Source: Sphyrna mokarran
Taxonomy: Eukaryota
Direction: 5' to 3'
Assembly: GCA_024679065.1 (NCBI GenBank)
Contig: JAGIQG010000016.1
Span: 14,942,001 to 15,006,000 of the forward strand
Length of the DNA: 64,000 nucleotides
A model generated the notes under the pieces. The model did not search any database, was not told the origin of the DNA, and worked only from the letters and a program-made list of their open reading frames with translations. Each line of letters starts with the position of its first letter. Position 1 is the first letter of the stretch. Below, piece after piece: positions 1-12,765 of the stretch. The position numbers and the translations under genes were made by a program.

Positions 1-70
1 CGCGTGCATGTGTGTATGTGTGTGTGTGTGTATGTGAGAGAGAGTTTGAGTTTGTGTGAGTGTGTGTCTG

Positions 71-130
<60 letters not shown>

Positions 131-309
131 TTTGTGTGAGNNNNNNNNNNNNNNNNNNNNNNNNNNNNNNNNNNNNNNNNNNNNNNNNNNNNNNNNNNNN
201 NNNNNNNNNNNNNNNNNNNNNNNNNNNNNNNNNNNNNNNNNNNNNNNNNNNNNNNNNNNNNNNNNNNNNNNNNNNNNTATGTGTGAGTTTGGTGATGTGT
301 GTCTGAGTT

Positions 310-341
<32 letters not shown>

Positions 342-868
342 TTTGTGTGAGTGTATGTGTGAGTTTGTGTGAGTGTGTGTATGAGTATGTGAGTGTGTGT
401 GTATATGAGTGTATGTGTGTGTATGTCTGAGAGTTTGAATATGGTTGTATCTGTGTGTGTGTGCGTGTGTGTGTGAGTGTGTGTGTGGATGTGCACATGT
501 AAGTGCATTTCTGTGCGTGTGTTAGTTTCTGTGTGGTGTATGAGAATGTGTGTGTGCGTATGTGTGAGAATGTGTGTGAGTCTGTATGTGTGTGTGTGAC
601 TTTGCGTGTGGGTGTGTGAGCATGTGTGTAAGTTTATATGTGTGTGTGTGTATAAGTGTCTGTGTGTTTATGTGTGAATGTGCTTTTGAGTTTGTGTCTG
701 TCGGTGTGTTTGTGTGTGTGTGTGAGTTTGTATGTATGAGTTTATGTGTGTGAGGAGTGTGTGTGTGAGGAGTGTGTGTGAGTTTGTGTGTGTGTGAGTC
801 TGTGTATGAGTGTGTGTGTGTCCATCTGTGTATATGAGAGTGTGAGTGTGTGTGTGTGAGTGTGTGCA
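1..868. repeat. (TG)n-rich simple repeat (CA-rich on the POU2F2 sense strand), containing an assembly gap of N at 141-277
   Basis: Degenerate TG/TGAG/TGTA run seen directly; Ns at 141-277. Confidence 0.97.
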
Positions 869-911
869 CGATCTCTCTGTGCTCCTAGTTCTTCTCTGTG
901 CTTCTGCTTAC

Positions 912-1103
912 CTGGGCAGTGATTTGGATTGGTTGGGTTAGTGCTAAAGCTCCTGCCTGCTGGGGCCCGCTGTGTTGTTGTGACTCAAGGGCTGTGTGCT
1001 GGGACGCTGCCACTGCGTTGCTCTGCTGAACAGCGGCTGCCAGCAACTGGGCCTGTGCCTGCTGGAGCAGCAATTGCTGCTGGGCTGGTAACAGAGCTGT
1101 GAG
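912..1103 (-). CDS. POU2F2: POU2F2 (Oct-2) internal exon, 192 nt, phase 0-0, Q/A-rich: LTALLPAQQQLLLQQAQAQLLAAAVQQ...QPIQITAQ
   Basis: Acceptor ttcccag and donor CAG|gtaag on the minus strand; peptide matches the POU2 class motif PAQQQLLLQQAQAQ..LLAAAVQQ...QPIQ; in frame with the 7067-7180 exon. Confidence 0.92.
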
Positions 1104-1109
1104 CTGGGA

Positions 1110-2165
1110 ATCAGAATGAGAGGAAATGACAAGAGAGAATGATGGAAAAGGAGAGAGGAGAGACAGAGCAGAGAGAGAGAGAGAGAGAGACAGAAAGACA
1201 GAGGGAGTGAAAAAGGAGTGAGAAGGAGTGAGAAAGATTGTGGGGGGGAGAGGGTCAAAGAGACACAGTGAGATTGAGCGGAGAGAGAGGAGAGAGAAAG
1301 GAAGAGAGAACGGGAGAGAGAGGAGAAGGTTAGAGGGATGACAGAGGGAAAGGAGAGAGGGAGAGAGAGAATGGGGAGGAATCAGAGGGAAAGAGAGCGA
1401 AAGAAGGGGAGAACGCGAGACAGTGAGAAGAGACAGAGAGGAGAGAGGGTTAGAGAGAGAGGGGAGAGGGAGAGGAGAGAAAGGGGAGTGAGAAGAGGGC
1501 GTCAGAGAGAGCAAGGAAGGAGAGAGGAAAGAGTGAGTGAGAGAAAAGAGAGCGAGAGAGGAGAGGCAGAGAGAGCCAGAGAAAAAAAGAGTAGGAGAGA
1601 AGAGAGAAGAAAGAGTGCACAAGAAGGAAGGGAGCAAGAAAGGAGAAGAAGAGAGAGGAAAAAGTATCAGAGAGAGACAGAGGAAAGAGGACAGTGAAAA
1701 TGGGAGGAGATAGAGAGAATGTGGGAAGAAAGAGGAGAGAGGGACAGAGAGGGAGAGAAGAGAGAAAAAATGAGAGGAGAAAAGAGCAGGATTGAGGTGA
1801 GGGAGTGAGTGGAGAGACAGTGAGCAGAGTAATTCAGGAGAGGGATTGAGAGCAGAGAAAGTGAGGAGACAGTGAAAGAGAAACAGAGAGAGTGAGAGAA
1901 AAGCGAGAGAGTGGAAAGAGGGAGTGAGATGAGAAAGAGAGAATGGTGGCAGAGATGGTGAAAGGAAGTAAGGAGAAGGATAATGAGGGGTGTGGGGAGG
2001 GGGAGAGAGATGGTGAGGGGACGGTGAGGAGGTGTGGGGTGGGAGTTGGAGAGTGTGAGGTTCAATGAGATGAGCGGGTGGGGGAGTGTTTGTGTGAAAT
2101 GAGGGATTTGGAATATAATTGAGTGATGTGAAGATTGAGGGAGTGGGAGATAAAAGGAAAAAGAC
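1110..2165. repeat. GA-rich low-complexity tract (about 1 kb CU-rich tract on the sense strand, directly upstream of the exon acceptor)
   Basis: Almost pure A/G on the + strand. Confidence 0.95.
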
Positions 2166-3094
2166 AATGTTTAGGTAGAATAATGCATAATCAATTTGTT
2201 TTATAATCCCAAAGCTGTGCTCCCCAATTCAGCTCACCTATTCCCACTGGGAATTCCAAACCAATTCCCAATCATTGATGCTGAAACTAACCCGCTGACC
2301 CCCACAACCAATTACTGAGGCCAGAACTAACCCCTAACCTCTCTTGCACTTCCAGTAGCCAATTACTGATCACCCACTATGCCCTGCAACCAATCACAAT
2401 TGATGTTAGGTAATAGTCAAAGCTCACTATTGGCTAAGATCTAAGGGAGAGCTGATAAACCAGAAACTGTGTAGAGTTCTGAGTGACTAACACTGTTGTC
2501 ACCATTCATCAAAGATAACCTGGTGAACCCTTCCATCCATCCTGCTGTGCTCCCTAAAATCCTCAAACCGTCCCAAATTCCTACCCCATACCTGCTCAAA
2601 CTCCCACTGAAACACCAACTGAAGCCCCTTTTAAACTCTTTCCAAAAATAATCCACACCAACATTCCATCTCAAAGGAAAATATAGGCTCCTCCAGAGAA
2701 ATTTTATTGGAGAAAACCCAACATTTAGGCAGAGAAAGAGGTGTTAGAACAGATGACTGATAGCTGCCCCTAAATATGAAATGTTTGTAGAACTTTAACA
2801 GGAGAGAGAGAGAGAGAGAGTGTGTGTTAGGGAGCAAGGTGGAGGAGTTTTTGTGACAAAATTCTAGAGTTTGTCTTCTGTCTGGTCATCAAGTTGTGAG
2901 CAAAAGTAGTGGAGGGAAAGGGTGGTGGGAGGGGATAGGTAAGTGGCCAAAGTTGCACAGGATGCTGAGATCTCAGAATATTGTTTCCTGGAGAAGGTTA
3001 TGGAGAAAGATGAGGAAGGTAGGGCAGGAGAGGTCAGGGACAGCTTGCCAAGAGTGAGAATCAAACTGGATGCAGAGTTTAAGGATTGTAGGGG

Positions 3095-3265
3095 TTTGTG
3101 TGTGTGCGTGCGTGTGTGTGCATGCATATGTGTGCGTGCATGTGTGTTCATATGCTTGTGTGTTCATGCATGTGCATGTGTGTGTGCATGCGTGTGCATG
3201 TCTGTACATGTGTATGCATGTGCTTGTGTGTGCGCGCATGTGCATTTATGTGTGTGTGTATATAG
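3095..3265. repeat. TG/TGCA simple repeat
   Basis: tgtgtgcgtgcatg run. Confidence 0.9.
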
Positions 3266-3369
3266 CGTGGGAGGATGGGTAAGTTATCAGGCACTCTGTG
3301 CAGGACACAGGCAGCAATTTAGATGATTTTGGAGGATACCCAGTCTGTATGTGTACTTTTTTTATTCAT

Positions 3370-3680
3370 TTGTGGGACATGGGCGTCAGTGGTTGTTCAG
3401 CATTTATTGCCCATCCTAGTTACACTTGAGAAGGTGATGTTGAGTTGTCTTTTTGAATCGCTGCAGTCCCTGAGCTGTAAGTTGACCCACAATGTTATTA
3501 GGTAGGGAATTCCAGGATTTTGACCAAACCACTGCGAAGGAATGGCAACATATTTCCAAGTCAGATGGTGAGTGGCTTGGAGGGGAACTTGCAGATACTC
3601 ATGTACCTGCTGCATTTGTCCTTCTAGTGGTCATGGATTTGGAAGATGCTAATGATCTTTGGTGAAATTTTGTAGTGCAT
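3370..3680 (-). mobile_element. 3' end of a common shark LINE (tail agggatgggcaataaatgctgg); related pieces at about 5545-5575, 6061-6590, 17550-17700 and 56520-56705(+)
   Basis: The motif cagcatttattgcccatcc..aattgc..ttgagaaggt recurs, with variation, at several dispersed sites. Confidence 0.7.
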
Positions 3681-3736
3681 CGGTGTGTGTGTTTGGTGGG
3701 AGGGGATGTGGTGGGATAAGGCTGAGGGTAAAACAA

Positions 3737-3862
3737 AAATTTGATTTTTAATCCATAGATCTATAAACATGGACAGAGATCACGGGTAGAGATCGGGGTG
3801 GTGGCACGGGCTCGTTGGACCGAAGGGCCTGTTTCCCATGCTGTTTTGTTCTTTGTTCTTTG
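3737..3862 (+). mobile_element. Severely 5'-truncated copy of the CR1 family also found at 19159-20758 and 28294-29332
   Basis: tttaatccatagatctataaacatggacag...gggcctgtttccc.tgctgttttgttctttgttctttg aligns by eye to 29200-29332. Confidence 0.88.
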
Positions 3863-4849
3863 GTATCCAGAATCCCATTCACTGAGGCAGACCACAAGTT
3901 TGCCAATGTCATAACGATGGTGGCGTCATATAGTGGGCAACTCTTGCAACAGGTGGGTGGGAAGGGGAGGGGGGGGGGGGGGAAAGGAAGGTGGTAATAC
4001 TAGGATAACGGTGCCCAGAACAGGAAAGGCAAAGGCAGCCACTGGATTGATTGGATAGGTTAGATAGGCCAGAGGGGAGATGGGAAGTAGGTACTCCCCA
4101 AGAAATGATTGCGGCTACCTGTCAAAGTGCCAAAAGCCAGAAGGTGTTGGGGCAGAAGCAGGCCACTCGGGTCTGCAGACCAGATGTGATAATAATCCTC
4201 AACTTCCACTTTGCGGCCTCAACCCCATCATGACCCTCGATTGCTTCATGGGTACAAATGTCTGACAGCGAGGCGGAAGAGTATTTGACGACAGGTAGTT
4301 GAAGATACCAGTAGGGGTGGTAAAAAGTTCAGGACATGAGTGGGGCGCTCGTTAGAGGAATAATTGGATGAGTTAAATATCCGGGACAGATGGGAGTAGA
4401 CTCAGGAGGACACAACACCTTGCAAAACTGAGGCTGGATTTGGCATACTGGTTTGGAAAGGCAGAGAGTTAAAGGGTCGTTTTATATGGGAAAGGTGTGG
4501 GGATGTTGACCGGGATATCATCTTTGTATTCCAGAACATTCCCAGAATAAGGAGCAAGTATTTGTTAGCTAAGGAAAGCTAGAGCCTTGAGTAGCCAGAT
4601 ATTGTCCAGCCAGCTGAGATGGGGATCATTGGGACCAATTGTGCAAGAGACACATTTGCCTCTGCACCTGTTGGATTTGAGGAGTGAGGGTGCCCGGGAG
4701 GAGGCAGCCAAGATGTAAGATGGCTGACAAATTCCTTCGGAGTGTCAGTGGCAGAGATGAGATGAGATGTGGCAGCTTATCAACTGTGATACGATAAGAC
4801 AGATTGTGGTGATCGGAAGCATAGAAACTGTGTGCGTTGCTGACATGTA

Positions 4850-5525
4850 GGAACAGGAAGAGGCCATTTAGCCCATCAAGACTATTCCACCATTCAATAT
4901 GATCATGGCTGACTGGACATTTCAATGCCTTTTACACCCACACTATCCTCATATCTTTTATGTTATCATTAATCAGAAATCTATCAATCTCTGCTTTAAA
5001 CATACTCAATGATTGACCTTCCACAGCCCTCTAAAATAGAGAATTCCAAAGATTCGCCAAAATGTATCCCAAAAAGTGTAGGTCAGTGGAATTAGCCAGG
5101 ATAAATTTGTGGGGTTATGGGAGAGAATCTGGGTAAGATACTCTGTCAGAGAATTGGTGCAAACCAAATGGGCCAAATGGCTTCCTTTCACACGTAAGGT
5201 TCTATAGTAAAGAAATTTCTCATCTCAGCCCTAAGTGGTTTTATTTTGAAATTGTGAGCTCTGGTTCCAAATTCCCCAAAGCAAGGGAAACACCTTTCAT
5301 ACATCTACCCTTTCTATTCCCTTTAAATGCTTCAGAGGTTTCAGTGAAATAGCCTCTCATTCTTTGAAACTCTGGAGAATACTGGTCCAGTCTGCCCAAT
5401 CTCTTTTCGTAACATAGTCCCACCATTCTCAAACTAGTCTGATAAACTTTTGCTGCACTCCCTCTATGGTAATAATATCTTGTTTGACTAAAGGGGACCA
5501 AAATTACATTTACTGCTCCAGCTAT
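4850..5525 (-). mobile_element. CR1 LINE 3' fragment, interrupted by an HE1-like SINE 3' piece (about 5065-5207, +)
   Basis: Decayed CR1 C-terminal peptide (YEKRLGRLDQYSPEFQRMRG) and tail motif aggaggccattt.gccc. Confidence 0.8.
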
Positions 5526-5584
5526 GATCTAACAGGGGCTTGACCAACATTTCTTGCCCATCCCTAATTGCCCCTTGTTTTTTG

Positions 5585-6050
5585 AGTCAAGGTTGGAGAG
5601 ATTAGATTTGTATCCACTGGAGTTTAGAAGTGTAAGAACAGACTTGATCAAAATCTTTAAGCTCCTGAGGGGTATTGGCAGGGTGGATGAGGAGAGAATA
5701 TTTCCCCCTTTGTGGGAGAATCTAGAATTAGGGATCACTGTTTTAAAATAAGTTTAAAATAATAAATTTTAAAATAAGGGGTCACCCAATTAAGAGATAT
5801 GAGGAGAAATGTTTTTTTTTTGTGTGTCATGAGTTTCTGAAACTCTTCCTCAAAAGGCAGCGGAAGCAGAGTTTGTGAATATTTCTAAGGCAGAGCTGCA
5901 TAGCTTTTTGGTACACAAGGGGCTGAAAGATTATCAGGGGTCAGCAGGAATATGGGGTGGAGGTTACAGTCAGATCAGCCTTGATCTTTTTGAATGGTGG
6001 AGCAGGCTTGAGGGGTGAGTGCCTACTGCTGTTCCCAACTCGTATTTTTG
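5585..6050 (+). mobile_element. CR1 LINE 3' fragment
   Basis: RLERLDLYPLEFRSVRTDLIKIFKLLRG..RIFP is a typical CR1 ORF2 C-terminus, followed by a CR1-type tail. Confidence 0.85.
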
Positions 6051-7066
6051 TGCGTATGTAGAAGGTGATGATGGCAAGCTGCTTTCCTGAACCGTTGCAG
6101 TCCATGTGGCGTAAATACACCCACAGTACTGTTAGGGAGACAGTTACAGGATTTTGACCCAGTGATGATGAAGGAACAGTGGATATATCTTCAAGTCAGG
6201 ATGGTAAGTGTGTTGGAGGAGAACCTCCTGGGGATGGTGCTGCAATGTATCTACTGCTCTTGTCCTTCTAGATGGAAGCGGTTGTTGGATTGGAAAATGC
6301 TGCCCAAGGAACCTTGACAAGTTCCTGCAATGCATCTTCTAGATTGTACACGTAACTGCCACTGATCGCCAATGATAGTGGGAGTGAGTTTTTGTGGACG
6401 GTATGTTTTGTCCTGGATGATGTTGAGCTTTTTGAGTGTTGTTGGCATTGCCCTGAGCCAGGCAAGTGGAAAGTATTTCCATCGCAGTCCTGACTTGTGT
6501 CTTGTGGACAGCTTTGGGGAGGTGGACAGCTTTGGGGAGTCGGGAGGTGAATTACTCTCTGGAGGATTCCCAGTTTCTGATATGTTCTTGCTAGGATGTC
6601 GAAATATGTATGAAAATAATTTGGGAGATGATATTTGGAATAGGGAATGAAGTTGTGATGGTGAGGGGGGTGCAAGGGGAGAGGTTGGGGAAAGATTGAT
6701 AAAAATTGACTCGTGGAGGGGGCAGGAAAATAGATGATCGATGATAGGCCCTGTATATGGGGGAAGAAAGATTTGAATTTTGGAGGATTTAATGAGAGTA
6801 GGGTTTTGTTAAATGATATCTGAGAACATCTGAATGCCCATAATATCTGCTCGCTGAGAGTTTGACTGGAGGTGGGGAACATCTGGAGGTTTGGGGTTGG
6901 TTTTCCAATGTTGTCACTAATCGATAGAGCAGAAGAAATCAGTCTTCACACAGAGGGGAAAGCAAGTGGGACTCAAGGTTACTGTCAGTGAACCAGGCTG
7001 ATACCTCCTGGTGAGGACTTTTTCCTTGTTTATGTGTCGGAGCTCTGAGACAGGGCACTGACTTAC

Positions 7067-7180
7067 CCCTGCCAGCTGAGTGCTTGCCAACATAAGCTGG
7101 GCTTGAGGGAGGTGACCCTGTTGCTGTTGAGGCATTTGTGTGGGTGCCTGGGCTGATTCGCTGGCATCCTCTACCTTAAA
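7067..7180 (-). CDS. POU2F2: POU2F2 internal exon, 114 nt, phase 0-0: FKVEDASESAQAPTQMPQQQQGHLPQAQLMLASTQLAG
   Basis: Acceptor cttttgcag and donor GGG|gtaagt; matches recalled human Oct-2 IKAED...HLPQAQLMLTGSQLAG. Confidence 0.95.
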
Positions 7181-7529
7181 CTGCAAAAGAAATGTTAACA
7201 ATGGTTCTCGGATTAATAAGAAATATGGATCAGCTTTGAGTGCATGTACAGAAAATATGATGGAAGGGATAGGAAGTGGAGAAGAAGATGCTAATATGAG
7301 GTGTACACAGAGGCAGTCTGTATGCACTGCAGCTTGGAGTTACAGGACCAATATCCGCCACCAATTCAATCTCCATTCTACCTAATGGATTCAATTTTAG
7401 AATCAGAAAGCTACTCTGAAAGCTGATGGGTTGTAATAGGTCAAATAATGTCCTTTGGGGGAAGGAATGATTCCTTACGCTGCCCCAGTGCAGCAGAGAA
7501 TGAAAGATTGAATCACAATTCCAGACAGT

Positions 7530-7802
7530 TACTCTATACATAAACATCTCCGAACCCCTCATTTAGATTCCAGTCTATGACTCATTCCCGAATATCTTTA
7601 ATTTCACATATAAACCCCTGTAAATTCCTAGATTAGCTTCCAGTCTGTAACTCATTACAAGTATCTGTTATTCTACATATAAAACCCTCCTTGAGCTCTT
7701 TGATTAAATTCCAGTCTGTAACCCAGGCTTGGGTGTCTGTTATTCTATATATAAACCGCATAAATCCCTCAAGTAGATTCCAGTCTATAACTTACTCTCG
7801 GG
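7530..7802. repeat. About 70-bp tandem repeat (tagattccagtctgtaactca...gttattctatatataaacc), about 4 copies
   Basis: ttccagtct(a/g)t recurs near 7568, 7638, 7709 and 7777. Confidence 0.8.
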
Positions 7803-7819
7803 CAAAAGTTTCATATTAT

Positions 7820-10800
7820 TGATTCCTGTATTTTTCTCATTCTCTATTCCTGTATTTTACCTGATTCTCTATTCCTGTATTTTACTCGTTCTCTATTCCT
7901 GTGTTTACCCCGTTCTTTATTCCTGTATTTTCCCTGATTCTCTATTTCTGTATCTTCCTGTTTTCCATTCCTGTATTTTCCCATTTTCTATTCCTCTATT
8001 TTTCCCCTATTCTCCTTTCCTGTATTTTCCCCAATTCTCTATTCCTGTGCTTTCCCCAATTCTTTATTCCTGTACTTTTCTATTCTCTTTGCTGTATTTT
8101 CCCAATTCTCTATTTCTGTATTTTCCCCTTTCTCTATTTGTGTATTTTCCCCATTCATTATTCCTGCATTTTCCCCTATTCTCTATTCCTGTATCTTCTC
8201 CGCATTAATGCATTTTCTCCATTTTTTAATACAGTATTTTCCCCTGTTCTCTATTCCTATATTTTCCCCTATTCTCTATTTCTGTATTTTCCCCTATTCT
8301 CTGTTTCTGTATTTTCCTCGTTCCCTATGCCTACATTTCCTTCGATTCTCTATTCCTGTATTTTTCCCATTCTCTATTCCTGTATTTTCCCTGCTGACTA
8401 TTCCCACATTTTTTATTTCTGTATCTTCCCCATTCCCAATTCGTGTATTTTCTCCAATTCTCTGTTCCTGTATTTTCCCCGTTTTCTATTTCTGTATTTG
8501 CTCCTTTCTCTATTCTAGTATTTTCTCTTATTCTCTATTCCTGTATTTTCCCCAGGTCTCTGTTCCTGTATTTTCCCTGTTCTCTATTCCTGTATTTACC
8601 CCACTTTCTATTCTGTATTTTCATCATTCTCTATTCCTATATTTTCTCCTATTCTCTATTTTTGTATTTTCCCCTATTCTCTATTCCTGTAATTTCCCCA
8701 TCTCTGAGCCTGTATTTTCCCCATTATCTATTCCTGTATTTTCCTTGTTCTCTATTCCTGTATTTTCTCTGCACTCTATTCCTATATTTCCCATATTGTC
8801 TATTCCTGTATTTTCCTCATTCCCTATTCCTGTATTTCCCCATTCTCTATTCCTCTATTTTCCCTATTCCCTATTGCTGCATTTTCCTCATTTTTTTTAT
8901 TCCTATATTTTCCCATATTCTCTATTCCTGTATCTTCCCTGCTGAGTGAGGAACCACAGTTCACAGATTACTATCCTGCATTTTCCCCATTTTCTAATAC
9001 GGTATTTTTGCCTGTTCTCTATTCTTGTATTTTCCCTATTCTCTAATCCTGCATTTTCCCCCATTCACTATTCCTATATTTTCCCTATTCTCTGTTGCCA
9101 TATTTTGTCTGTTCTTCAATTCCTGTTTTTTCCCTGTTCTCTATTCCTGTATTTTCCCTGCTGACTATTCCTGCATGTTCTATTCCGGTATTTTCCCCAT
9201 TCCCAATTCCTGTATTTTCTCCAATTCTCTGTTCCTGTATTTTCCCTGTTTTCTATTTCTGTATTTTCCCCATTCTCTATTCCTGTACTTTCCCCTATGC
9301 TTTATTCCTGTATTTTCCCCAAGTCTCTGTTCCTGCATTTTCCCTGTTCTCTATTCCTTCATTTACCCCATTTTCTATTCCTGTATCTTCATCATTCCCT
9401 ATTCCTATGTTTTCTCCTATTTTCTATTTTTATATTTTCCTCTATTCTCTATTCTTGTAATTTCTTTTAATTTCCCCATTCTCTATTCCTGTATTTCCCC
9501 CAATTCTCTATTCCTGTATTTTCCCCTATTTACTACTCCTGTATTTACACTGTTCTCTATTTGTGTATTTTCCCCTATTCTCGATGCTGTATTTCCCCCT
9601 ATTCTCTATTCCTGTATTTTCCTCAATTCTTTATTGCTTTATTTTCCCTGTTCTCTATTCCTGCATTTTTTCCAATTCTCTATTCCTGTATTTTCCCCAT
9701 TCTCTATTCCTATATTTTCCCCTTTTCTCTGTTCCTATATTTCCCTTATTCTCTATTCCTGTATTTTTCCTTAATTTATTCCTGTATTTTCCCCATTCTC
9801 TATTTCTGTATTTTCACACTTCCCTAATTCTATATTTCCCTCTGTTCTCTATTCCTGTATTTTCCCGTTCTCTATTTTTGTATTTTCCCCTATTCCCTAT
9901 TCCTATATCTTTCTGTTTTCTATTCCTTTATTTTCCCACTCTCTATTCCTGCATTTTCCCATTCTCAATTCTTGTATTTTTCCCGTTTTATACTCCTGTA
10001 TTTTTCCCGTTCTCCATTCCTGTTTTTTTCTCCATTCTCTATTCCTGTATTTTTCCCATTCTTTATTCCAGTATTTTCCTCTATTCTTTATACCTCAATT
10101 TTCCCCATTCTCTATTCCTATATTTTCCTCTATTCTCTATTCCTGTATTTTCCCTGTTCTTTATTCCTGTATTTTCCCCTATTCTCTATTCCTATATTTT
10201 CCCCGTTCAATATTCCTGCATTTCTCTCTACTCTCTATTCCTCTGTTTTCTCCATTCTCTATTTCTATATTATCCCCATTTTCTTTTCTTGTATTTTTCC
10301 CCTATTTTCTATTCCTGTATTTTCCCCAGTCCATATTCCTATATTTCTCTCTACTCCCTATTCCTGTGTTTTCCCCATTCTCTATTTCTATATTTCCCCA
10401 TTTTCTTTTCCTGCATTTTCCCATTCTCTATTCCTGCATTTTCCCCTGTTCTCTATTCCTATATCTTCCTGCTTTCTATTCCTATATTTCTCTCTACTCT
10501 CTATTCCTGTACTTTCCCCATTCTCTATTTCTATATTTCCCATTTTCTTTTCCTGTATTTTCCCATTCTCTATTCTTGTATTTTCCCCGTTTTCTTTTCC
10601 TATAGTTTGCCCTATTCTCTATTATTGTATTTCCACTGTTCTCTATTTCTGAATTTCCCCTATTCTCTATTCCTGTATTTTCCTCACTCTCTATTCCTGT
10701 ATTTTCCTTACTCTCTATTCCTGTATTTTCCCCTATTCTCTATTCCTATATTTTCCCCAATCTCTGTTCCTGTATTTTTCCCATTCTTTACTCCTGTATT

Positions 10801-12200
10801 TTCCTCTATTCTCTATTCCTATATTTTCCTCATTTTCTATTCCTGTATTTTCCCCTATTTTTGATTCCTATATTTTCCCTTATTCCGTATTCCTGTGTTT
10901 TCCCCAATTCTTTATTCCTGTATTTTCCCCGTTCTCTGTTCCTGCATTTTTCCCATTCTCTATTCCTGTATTTTCTTTGTTCCCTATTCCTAAAATTCCC
11001 TTATTTTCTATTCCTGTATTTTCTCTGTTCTCTATTCCTGTACTTTCCCCAATTCTTCATTCCCGTATTTTCCCCGTTCTCTATTCCTATACTTTCCCCA
11101 TTCTCTATTCTTGTATTTTCCTCGTTCCCTATTTCTATAATTCCTTTATTCTCTACTTCTGTATTTTCTCTGTTCTCTGTTCCTGTATTTTTCCCATTCT
11201 CTACTCCTGAATTTTCCCCTATTCCAAATTCCTGTACTTTCCCCATTCTCTATTTCTATGTTCCCTCTATTCTCTAATCCTGTATTTTCCTTGTTCGCTA
11301 TTCCAGTATTTTCTCCAATTCTCTTTTCCTGTATTGTCCCCGCTCTCTATTCCTATATTTTCCTTGTTCTTGATTCCTGCATTTTCCCTGTTCTCTATTC
11401 CAGTATTTTCCCCTATTGTCTATTCCTATATTCTTCCCATTCTCTATTCCTGTATTTTCCTCATTCCCTATTCCTATAATTCCCTTATTCTCTATTCCTG
11501 TATTTTCTATCTGTTCTCTATTCCTGTATTTTCCCCATTCTCTATTCCTGCATTTTCCTCATTCCCTATTCCTATATATTCCCTGTTCTCTATTCCTGTA
11601 ATTTCCCCATTCTCTATTCCTGCATTTTTCCCTATTTTCCATTTCTGTATTTTCCCCATTCTCTATTCCTATATTTTCCTTGTTCCCTATTCCTGTACTT
11701 TCCCTATTGTCTATTTCTGCATTTTCCCCATTTTCTATTCCTGTATTTTCCTTGTTCTCCATTCTTGTATTTTCCCCATTCTCTATTTTCCCCCATTCTA
11801 TTCCTGTATTTTCCCCTATTTTCTATTCCTGTATATTCCCTTGTTTTCTATTCCTGTATTTTCCCCGTTTTCTATTTGTGTATTTTCCCCTATTCTCTAA
11901 TCCTGTATTTTCCCCTATTCTCTATTTCTGTATTTCCCCTATTCTCTATTCCTGTATTTTCTCTGGTCTCTATTCCTGTATTGTGTCTCTATTCCTGTAT
12001 TTTCCCCTCTTCTGTATTCCTTATTTTCCCTCTTGTCTATTCCTGTTTTTTACCCATTCTCTATTCCTGTGTTTTTCCCTATTTTCCATTCCTGCATTTT
12101 CCCCTTTTCTCTATTCTATATTTTCCCCTATTCTCTATTCCTGTATTTCCCTGTTCTCTACTCCTGTATTTTCCTTGTACTCAATTCCCATATATTCCCT
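7820..12200. repeat. 4.4-kb minisatellite, 24-25-bp unit TTCTCTATTCCTGTATTTTCCCC(T)A
   Basis: Direct periodicity; strongly pyrimidine-rich on the + strand. Confidence 0.97.
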
Positions 12201-12765
12201 GGACTGTTATCTGGCTGCATGATACAATGACTTGGATATTGTTATGCCTATTCTGGGGCATTTTCTTTGAAAGGGGAAATTTTAATTTTTCTGACCTTGT
12301 TTTATGGCGACAGATTTGTTCAGGTTTATGTGTTTTTCAAGTCTGGTTGAATTCAGGCTGTCAATCCTTTCTGCTTGTGTTGAGCTGGGAGGATTAACAG
12401 GTTGAGTACTGTCTCTGAGGAGGAGCCTGATGCTTCCTGTTTGCTACAAATCAGAAGCGAGAGGGGCTTCCCCACATCACTGCTCAGAAGGGAAAGATTT
12501 GACTCATTAACCCCGCAGAGGTGAAAGTGTTTGAAAAACATGTTAGTCACAAAGACAGGGGGAAGAGTCAGAATCTGTAACATGAAAAGTCATTGGCATC
12601 AAACCCTTTGCCACAAACATATACAAATATTCCTTCAACACAGCAAATACCACTGATGCACGTTCATCGCTATCATTGTTGAAGGAGATCATCCCTGACC
12701 TATAACCCAGATAGTCAACTGATATGATGAAGGAGGAAATGTCACAGATCTGAGACACTTTCATA

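Noticed and set aside
912-1103. Assignment of the gene to POU2F1 (Oct-1)
   Set aside because: This exon is Oct-1-like, but the other four exons (EIRM, DTERNGPDTNHQ, ..STK, HLPQAQLML..QLAG) match Oct-2.
885-1637. 250-aa ORF as a single-exon gene
   Set aside because: Only 912-1103 is a splice-bounded exon; the L/S-rich remainder is the translated CT tract.
3990-4840. Complex non-repetitive stretch that might hold an exon or an old TE
   Set aside because: No recognisable peptide or consistent splice pair; left unclassified.
7819-12397. Hydrophobic ORFs up to 433 aa resembling membrane proteins
   Set aside because: Translation of a pyrimidine-rich 24/25-bp minisatellite in all three frames.
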